Shown here: one piece after another, positions 1-5,800 of the stretch
Numbering within the stretch: the first letter of the stretch is position 1
Layout: every line of letters starts with the position of its first letter
NCBI GenBank assembly: GCA_048941265.1
Contig: JBHLNT010000154.1
Span: forward strand, 1-10,229
DNA from: Promethearchaeota archaeon
GTDB lineage: Archaea > Asgardarchaeota > Lokiarchaeia > Sigyniarchaeales > SOKP01
Length of the DNA: 10,229 nt
Reading direction: 5' to 3'
Notes under the pieces: generated by a model
Told to the model about the DNA's origin: nothing
Seen by the model: the letters and a program-made list of their open reading frames with translations, nothing else
The model's database searches: none
Position numbers and translations under genes: made by a program

Positions 1-644
1 TCTGTTTTTTTATAATATACTCCTTCAATATTAAAGAATCTATACTCTAATAATGTAATTGCAGTCAATACAAGCCACGAAGATATTGCTAAAAATAATA
101 TCCATTCTATGATTGGTTGAAGCGTAATTAATAAAAGAATTAAGATAATATTAATGCTAAATCCATAAAAAGATAAATATTTCTTAAAGTGTTTACCTTT
201 ATATAATTTTGATTTGGGGCCATAGTACATTAAGATACTGTAAAGTGTAATATAGAGTGTCGAACCGGCAAAAGCAACACCTGCGGCAAAAAGATGAAAT
301 GCTATGAATAATTCGGGATATGTCTCATCAGGGATTATTCCAACCATCGCAATACACATCCCGGTAAAGATTGATACTGCGGTTGCTAGTTTGCGAAGAG
401 AATCTTTTATATCCGTTAGTTCTCTTTCGAGATACATGAAAAATGGAATGCTTGATGTACCAAATACTACAAAAGCAATGCTAAATAAAGATTTTGCAAC
501 GCCCTCACCTAATGAACTTATAGTATAAAGTCTAGGATCATAGCCTGGAGTAAAAACAGCAGATAGTACCAATAAGATTCCTCCAACTACTGCTCCGAAG
601 ATACTGAAATAGCATTCCATTCTGCGGGATACTGTTGCTGACAT
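1..644 (-). CDS. DUF998 / Frag1-DRAM-Sfk1-like multipass membrane protein (3' end runs off the window)
   Basis: Translated by hand: ATG at 644, then 214 codons without a stop to the left edge (MSATVSRRMECYFSIFGAVVGGILLVLSAVFTPGYDPRLYTISSLGEG...GIIPDETYPELFIAFHLFAAGVAF...QPIIEWILFLAISSWLVLTAITLLEYRFFNIEGVYYKKT). About 6 hydrophobic segments. YTISSLG after TM1, a His at the start of TM4 and EW in the last TM match the DUF998/Frag1-like pattern. AAAGGT lies just upstream of the ATG. Not in the ORF track because the stop is outside the window. Confidence 0.8.
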   Translation of the reverse strand, partial: MSATVSRRMECYFSIFGAVVGGILLVLSAVFTPGYDPRLYTISSLGEGVAKSLFSIAFVVFGTSSIPFFMYLERELTDIKDSLRKLATAVSIFTGMCIAMVGIIPDETYPELFIAFHLFAAGVAFAGSTLYITLYSILMYYGPKSKLYKGKHFKKYLSFYGFSINIILILLLITLQPIIEWILFLAISSWLVLTAITLLEYRFFNIEGVYYKKT

Positions 645-820
645 ATTAATTACCTTTTCTTTTGATAAAAATATCTTTTTTCAATATTATATTTGATATA
701 ATTATAATTACACTTTAATATTAAAAAAATTACTTCCAAATATTAAAAAAGATTTAATTTATTCTTTTCTTTTAAGAATTACATTCCTTTTGGATTTTTT
801 TAAATTTGTTAGCTTCTAAT

Positions 821-835
821 TAAAACATTTAAATA
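821..835 (+). promoter_or_regulatory. Candidate archaeal BRE/TATA element for the GTPase gene
   Basis: TAAAACA followed by TTTAAATA (828-835), about 100 nt upstream of the TTG start. The intergenic region is very AT-rich, so specificity is low. Confidence 0.3.
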
Positions 836-924
836 TTAAATTGACATTTGTAAGAACTATAAGAAAAATTTTTTTTAACTTATTCGCAATATATTATTTT
901 TGAGGTAATCTAAAAAAACCATTT

Positions 925-930
925 GGTGGT
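925..930 (+). promoter_or_regulatory. Shine-Dalgarno-like element
   Basis: GGTGGT ends 3 nt before the TTG at 934, in otherwise G-poor DNA. Confidence 0.4.
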
Positions 931-933
931 CTC

Positions 934-1491
934 TTGAACGAGAGTGAAGATGATTTCATTTTTAAGATCACGGTTGTTGGAGATGGCGAAGTAGGAAAAA
1001 CATCATTAATTCAGAGATATACTTCAGCATCATTTGAAATGGACTATATTAAAACAATTGGGGCACAATTTTCGACTTATGATGAAGAAATCGATGGTTT
1101 TAAATGTAAATTATCCTTATGGGATATTGCAGGCCAAGATGATCATCATTTCCTTCGTCCTACCTTTTATAAAGGTAGCAGGGGCGCAATAGTAGTTTTT
1201 TCTCTGGAAGACTCCGATCATGGAAGGACGAGTTATGATCATATCGATGAGTGGTTTAATGGTATTAAACATAACTGCGGCAATATCCCTATAGTTTTAT
1301 TCGGAAATAAAGTCGATTTAGTTGACGAAAGCAAATTAGAAGAAGATAAGGTAATGAAACTAGTAGATAAGTTAGGCTTTATTGGATACTTTAAAACATC
1401 TGCAAAAACGGGGAGTGGAGTTATTGAAGCATTCCATACTCTTATAAAAAATATAATCAATTTAGATTCTCAAGAATGTTCTCCTGAATAA
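934..1491 (+). CDS. Ras-superfamily small GTPase, Rab-like (Asgard type)
   Basis: G1 GDGEVGKT, G2 YIKT, G3 WDIAGQ, G4 NKVD, G5 SAK. RabF-like segments IGAQF, KLSLW, FYKGS and VVFSL. 185 aa, TTG start, TAA stop. Confidence 0.95.
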   Translation: MNESEDDFIFKITVVGDGEVGKTSLIQRYTSASFEMDYIKTIGAQFSTYDEEIDGFKCKLSLWDIAGQDDHHFLRPTFYKGSRGAIVVFSLEDSDHGRTSYDHIDEWFNGIKHNCGNIPIVLFGNKVDLVDESKLEEDKVMKLVDKLGFIGYFKTSAKTGSGVIEAFHTLIKNIINLDSQECSPE

Positions 1492-1635
1492 TTAGCTCTA
1501 AACTCTCTTTTACATCCCATCCGAATAATAAAGACATTTCCAAAACATTAAGCTAATTTATTTTAGCATTTTTTCATACTACCTAAAAAAATAAATTAAG
1601 ATCCAATGAAATTAAGTAAGAATATATAAAATATT

Positions 1636-1659
1636 AAAAAAATAGAAAGGAAAAAAAAA
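1636..1659 (-). terminator. Oligo-T archaeal-type terminator candidate for the minus-strand gene pair
   Basis: A9 (1651-1659) and A7 (1636-1642) on + read as T9 and T7 on -, starting about 45 nt past the stop at 1704, between convergent genes. Confidence 0.45.
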
Positions 1660-1703
1660 TAAAGTAATTTTTTATTATTTTCGCTTAATTAGAAATTCAT
1701 TAG

Positions 1704-2741
1704 CTACTTTTTTCTTAATAAAACTCTTTTTATAGTACGCGTTCCAAGTCTCCTTTTAGCTTCAGAACCTTTTACCTTAATATTATTGCCGCAATAAATG
1801 CAATATCTATAATTGCGCGGGTTGATGCTATAACAATTCTGGCATTTATTCATGGAATCATAGAATTGATATGAAGATTCAAAAGGTTTCCCACATTCTC
1901 CACAATAACTCGCAGAAAATAAGGCTATCTTCTTACAATTCGTACATATTTTCGTATTTTCCAGTATAAATTCATATTTTAAGGATTTTTTAACATGATT
2001 TTTTTGGATTAAGATAGCGATTAGTAATACAACACTAAAAGGCACAAATAACATCAGCATTATAGGTAGAATGATAAGAAATCCTTCAGTCGAGTAGGGA
2101 ATCATTGAAGCTCCGATTACAACTATAAATCCCATTATCTTATATAATATTCGAGAAGAGTATTGCCCCACAAATTCTTCTTTTAAAAAATAAATCTCTG
2201 ATGGTGATTTTTTCTGTTTATGTGCTTTTATTAGATCAAAATTAATCTTTCTAAGATCATAATACATCGTGAAGAGAAAAAAAGCCAATGCTGATATTAT
2301 AGTCGATGTTACCTTTAAATAAAGGCTGGGTATTGTGTAACCGTAGATGAGGTACGGATCTTCACTCTGATTCACAATATAATAATCGAACCAAGGGATT
2401 TGGGAGCCGAATATCAGAATTAACAACACTAAACCGTAAATACCTGCAACTAAAATTATCCCAATTCCAAAATTTTTAAAATTAAGCTTCTCTAACTGTA
2501 TAGTTAATTTAAGATCACGTAAAAGCCAGATCATATAAGTAAATGCTAAAATAAGTCCAGCTACGACGGCTAAAAAAATTGCTAGGAAAGCCAGATTGAA
2601 AAAGTTGACTATTAAAGCGGTAATCGTAAGGGCTACTACACACAAGATTAATATGCGAAGAAAGAGATCTAATATCCGTGTATCAACCTCATATATTTCA
2701 GTATCATGTGGTTTAAAGGTTTTTTCATTCATTTTCTTCAA
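1704..2741 (-). CDS. Multipass (~6 TM) membrane protein with C-terminal double zinc ribbon (DZR-like) domain
   Basis: Six long hydrophobic stretches, then four CxxC motifs (CTNC, CGEC, CQNC, CIYC; nt 1791-1946) with [FY]CxxCG-type second knuckles, then a polybasic tail. The TTG start at 2741 is supported by GGAGG at 2751-2755. An alternative ATG lies at 2732. Confidence 0.85.
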   Translation of the reverse strand: MKKMNEKTFKPHDTEIYEVDTRILDLFLRILILCVVALTITALIVNFFNLAFLAIFLAVVAGLILAFTYMIWLLRDLKLTIQLEKLNFKNFGIGIILVAGIYGLVLLILIFGSQIPWFDYYIVNQSEDPYLIYGYTIPSLYLKVTSTIISALAFFLFTMYYDLRKINFDLIKAHKQKKSPSEIYFLKEEFVGQYSSRILYKIMGFIVVIGASMIPYSTEGFLIILPIMLMLFVPFSVVLLIAILIQKNHVKKSLKYEFILENTKICTNCKKIALFSASYCGECGKPFESSYQFYDSMNKCQNCYSINPRNYRYCIYCGNNIKVKGSEAKRRLGTRTIKRVLLRKK

Positions 2742-2742
2742 T

Positions 2743-5568
2743 TTATTTTCCCTCCGTATTATTATTAGCTGAAATACTTTTATCAGGTACTTTTTTAGTT
2801 GGTGTCTCCCTCGACTCGTCAGAATAATCTAGAAATGATTTAAGCTTCTGTGTACGTTTCAGTGTAGTGCGCTTCTTTAAGTTCAAGTCGAGAAAAACAT
2901 AAGCTAAACCAAATACAATACCCACCAGCGCAGATCCTATAAATAATATACCCAGGTCAAAGACTTCTAATTTAGTTTGAGGGAAATCCGGGATGATTTC
3001 AATTGTTTCCGGATCATCTTTAGATCCCAATAGTTCATCTTCCTTTCCCGCTATATCCTCATATTTGACATAATACTCTAATGTGCAAGGATCGAACCTG
3101 GGAAGTTTCACTGTGTATTCGGCCTCTTCAGAATCATAGCTCATACTCTTCGATTTCCAATCCCCTCCATCCACGCGATAATAAACCTTTACGTTTGCAA
3201 CGTATTGTGCATGAATTACAGCACTTACAGAGAGCTCTATTCTTTTTGACGCTAAGATCTTGTCTTCTGATGGATGATCAACTGGATTAAATGCGATTGT
3301 AGGTCTTTTGATTGTGAATTCTTTCCCATATTTGTTTGTTGAGTTAAAATCGTACAATCCAATGCCTTGAGCATCATAATACTTGTTTTGTTCTATTAGA
3401 ATAGAAAAAGTGATTTCGGTTGCAGCGAATGTTTGAGGGATAAGGAAATAATAAACAATTCCATTGATACTATCCACTGTAGGTTCAATTGCTTGGTTAA
3501 CAATCGTACTGACATATTTAAACTGGCAATGTAAACTGGCATTCCCACAGTCCTGAGTACCATTATCGTTGATATCCGCATCGAGCATAACTACAGTCAC
3601 GAGAATACCATCATATGTCGTTAGACTATCATCGAATAGCACTGTAGCATCTAGAACATCAAAGGACATAGCCGTATCATAGACCGTATCCAAATAAGAG
3701 GAATTTCCGCTATTGCCCCCTTGATCAGTTATTTCCACGGTATAATATAGCTGATACCCATCAAGAGAAGAAGGGTATTCTAATTCCGTATCATTATACT
3801 GTGTATCTAACAGATCTGTTGGATCAGGATTATTTATAGTATGAATTAGTTCGAAATCTGATGATGAAGGAGCAGCACCTCCAATACCCATTTCTGCCCT
3901 GAAAATTTTATAGGAAACAATATTACCTGTAAGATTTTGTCCCGGTTGAGTTGACCAATTAAGAATAAAATCTTTAAGATTCCCTAGGTTAAGAGGGGAT
4001 GGCATTGTGTCCAGCGTAGGTGCTATACTATCAACAATAGAATTGGTAATTTGGACATTAGGACTATCAAAAGTATGACTATTAATATGGCAATTATCAA
4101 TTGTTGCCGTCGCAGAGTCAAAAACTTTCATTTTTCCAACATCAACATTGTTAAAAATACCGTGAGACGTATCCCGCATTGTAATCGAATTACAGTCAAG
4201 GTTCTCAGCTATTAAGGACGTGTTTAAAGCTAGATTAATAACTTTTGGGTTAGAATTATTAATTATAGCAAAAGTATCTTTTTTATTGTCATAACTATAA
4301 ACGTATGTGTCTAACCATAAATATCCCATATCCGTTTTAAAATCACAATTATTTATATCTACTCCTCCAGAAAGCACATGAATGGTTGCGTCAAAAAAAT
4401 TTGAATCCTCAACTATGAATGGTTTATTAGATCCGCCATATACATATGGATTCGTATCAACATCGAGAATATTATAGAAATTACAATCAGTAATATAAGT
4501 ACTATTACTCCTTATCCAAGCATTCATAAAGGTGCAATTCCTGATGTTTGATACTGATCGGCCCGTAATAAAATCAGAATTGATATAATAAGCTAGACTA
4601 CAGTTTTCAATATATGACAAGGAATTCTGATATTCGAGAATATATAATTTCGACAAAATTTCATTTGTAATATCTGAGACATTTAAATTAGCATCCGTGA
4701 TAAAAATTTTCGAGAATTCACCCGCTGGTGGATTATCCTTTAGATATACATTCGATAAGATGGTGTTTGGAGTATAACTTTTTAATTCTAGAGTTTCATC
4801 GATACTGCAGTTAAATTTAAGATTGAAACTTTGACATACAGTATCTTGTACTGTGGTGCTGTCACCATTAAGTAAGCTTAATTCATTAATTTCGCAATTT
4901 TGAATGGTAATGTCAGTTGTTTCGTCGCCAAAACCTAGAGATTCATAAAGTTTGCAATCATCTATAACTGCTGTATTTCCTCCATATCGAAAATACACCG
5001 TGCTAACAAAAGAACAATTTATAAAGTCAACATCAGAATAGTATATATATGCACTTTGCAATTGGGATTCATCTATAAAAGAACAATTGGTAAGTTCAAT
5101 ACTCTGTGAAGGATCAATAGTACTAGAATCTGAAATCCTATATAAAGTTGAATTTGTTACAACTAGTTTGTCTATACTAACATCAGTATCTTGAAAGTAA
5201 ATTTTCTCAATACTACAAAGATCTGCCGTTACATCGAATGCATAATTATCTGATGCATCTGTCAGATACAAATCCATCTGAAAGGTACAACGTTCAAAAA
5301 TTACCGCTGCGCTGGTTTTTATCCACACATTGTCAGTATAAGTAATACCTGTATATATCCCACCTGCAGTGATATCTGTACTCGCTTTTGGGTCTTTCTC
5401 TTCAGTATCAGTAACCTCAACATTTAATTGATCGGAAAGGTCGGATCTCTCTTTCACATTAGCGTAGGGGAGATTATTGAAATTTAAGAATGATATTATT
5501 AATAAGATAATGAGTACGAAGGATACCCGCATTACGAAATTTTTATTTTTTTTATAAATTCTAAACAT
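2743..5568 (-). CDS. Large type-I membrane-anchored surface protein: right-handed beta-helix repeats plus FN3/Ig-like domains
   Basis: Basic N-terminus and hydrophobic helix (signal or anchor). About aa 64-515 has recurring hydrophobic-x-[ND]-[CS]-x-[FIL] rungs (NCSF, DCKL, NCEI, NCTF, DCNF, DSNF, NCDF, NCHI). An FN3-like unit follows (LNWS...SYKIFR...YNDT...YYTVEITDQGGN), then further beta-sandwich-like units (VKVYYRVDGGDW...YTVKLP...LEYYVKYEDIAG). TM helix at nt 2890-2955 and a 48-aa charged tail. About 17 NxS/T sequons in the ectodomain. Confidence 0.8.
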   Translation of the reverse strand: MFRIYKKNKNFVMRVSFVLIILLIISFLNFNNLPYANVKERSDLSDQLNVEVTDTEEKDPKASTDITAGGIYTGITYTDNVWIKTSAAVIFERCTFQMDLYLTDASDNYAFDVTADLCSIEKIYFQDTDVSIDKLVVTNSTLYRISDSSTIDPSQSIELTNCSFIDESQLQSAYIYYSDVDFINCSFVSTVYFRYGGNTAVIDDCKLYESLGFGDETTDITIQNCEINELSLLNGDSTTVQDTVCQSFNLKFNCSIDETLELKSYTPNTILSNVYLKDNPPAGEFSKIFITDANLNVSDITNEILSKLYILEYQNSLSYIENCSLAYYINSDFITGRSVSNIRNCTFMNAWIRSNSTYITDCNFYNILDVDTNPYVYGGSNKPFIVEDSNFFDATIHVLSGGVDINNCDFKTDMGYLWLDTYVYSYDNKKDTFAIINNSNPKVINLALNTSLIAENLDCNSITMRDTSHGIFNNVDVGKMKVFDSATATIDNCHINSHTFDSPNVQITNSIVDSIAPTLDTMPSPLNLGNLKDFILNWSTQPGQNLTGNIVSYKIFRAEMGIGGAAPSSSDFELIHTINNPDPTDLLDTQYNDTELEYPSSLDGYQLYYTVEITDQGGNSGNSSYLDTVYDTAMSFDVLDATVLFDDSLTTYDGILVTVVMLDADINDNGTQDCGNASLHCQFKYVSTIVNQAIEPTVDSINGIVYYFLIPQTFAATEITFSILIEQNKYYDAQGIGLYDFNSTNKYGKEFTIKRPTIAFNPVDHPSEDKILASKRIELSVSAVIHAQYVANVKVYYRVDGGDWKSKSMSYDSEEAEYTVKLPRFDPCTLEYYVKYEDIAGKEDELLGSKDDPETIEIIPDFPQTKLEVFDLGILFIGSALVGIVFGLAYVFLDLNLKKRTTLKRTQKLKSFLDYSDESRETPTKKVPDKSISANNNTEGK
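2751..2755 (-). promoter_or_regulatory. Shine-Dalgarno site embedded in the end of the upstream gene
   Basis: The minus strand reads GGAGG-GAAAATAAA-TTG, a 9-nt spacer to the start at 2741. The upstream TAA (2745-2743) lies inside the spacer. Confidence 0.65.
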
Positions 5569-5601
5569 TTTAAACCCTTTTTAGACAAATTGTATTAATT
5601 A

Positions 5602-5644
5602 TAGTTAATAACTTAGTTGATAACTTAGTTAATAACTTAGTTAA
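5602..5644. repeat. 12-bp tandem repeat (about 3.5 copies) of a palindromic unit
   Basis: TAGTTAATAACT (5602-5613), TAGTTGATAACT (5614-5625), TAGTTAATAACT (5626-5637), TAGTTAA (5638-5644). The consensus unit contains the inverted repeat AGTTA-n-TAACT. Confidence 0.9.
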
Positions 5645-5670
5645 ATTAGTATTTAATAATTACAATATTT

Positions 5671-5702
5671 GAAAAAAATTTTCTAATAAAATGTTAGAAA
5701 AT
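5671..5702 (-). terminator. Inverted repeat followed by a T-tract (terminator-like or protein-binding site)
   Basis: ATTTTCTAA (5678-5686) and TTAGAAAAT (5694-5702) form a perfect 9-bp inverted repeat with a 7-nt spacer. On the minus strand it runs directly into a T-tract, about 100 nt downstream of the infB stop. The stem is AT-rich and weak. Confidence 0.35.
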
Positions 5703-5743
5703 AATAAAGCATCATGAATATTTATTCAAATTCTACCATTTTC

Positions 5744-5763
5744 AAAAACAATAAAAAACAAAA
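5744..5763 (-). terminator. T-rich archaeal-type terminator candidate for infB
   Basis: The minus strand reads TTTTGTTTTTTATTGTTTTT, starting about 38 nt after the infB stop. Confidence 0.45.
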
Positions 5764-5800
5764 TAAGAATTTTAGATTTAATACAAAATGACTTATGTAA

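Noticed and set aside
304-528. 74-aa plus-strand ORF
   Set aside because: Antisense shadow of the minus-strand membrane-protein gene (1-644), with no recognisable motifs.
645-933. Hidden ncRNA, tRNA or small ORF in the divergent intergenic region
   Set aside because: Extremely AT-rich, with no GC-rich stems, cloverleaf or convincing ORF. The A/T tracts match the other intergenic regions.
1239-1460. 73-aa minus-strand ORF
   Set aside because: Antisense shadow inside the GTPase gene.
1490-1558. Inverted repeat AATTAGCT / AGCTAATT after the GTPase stop
   Set aside because: Only 8 bp with a spacer over 50 nt in AT-rich DNA, not distinguishable from chance.
2890-3003. IIPDFP plus TM as a PGF/archaeosortase-type C-terminal sorting signal
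   Set aside because: No PGF or PGY motif adjacent to the TM, and the tail is 48 aa rather than a short basic cluster.
3081-3581. Short ORFs 3081-3290 (+) and 3396-3581 (-)
   Set aside because: Nested in the 941-aa gene in antisense or alternative frames, with no coding evidence.
5602-5644. Tandem repeat as a CRISPR array
   Set aside because: The units are 12 bp and contiguous, with no spacers and no cas genes in the window.
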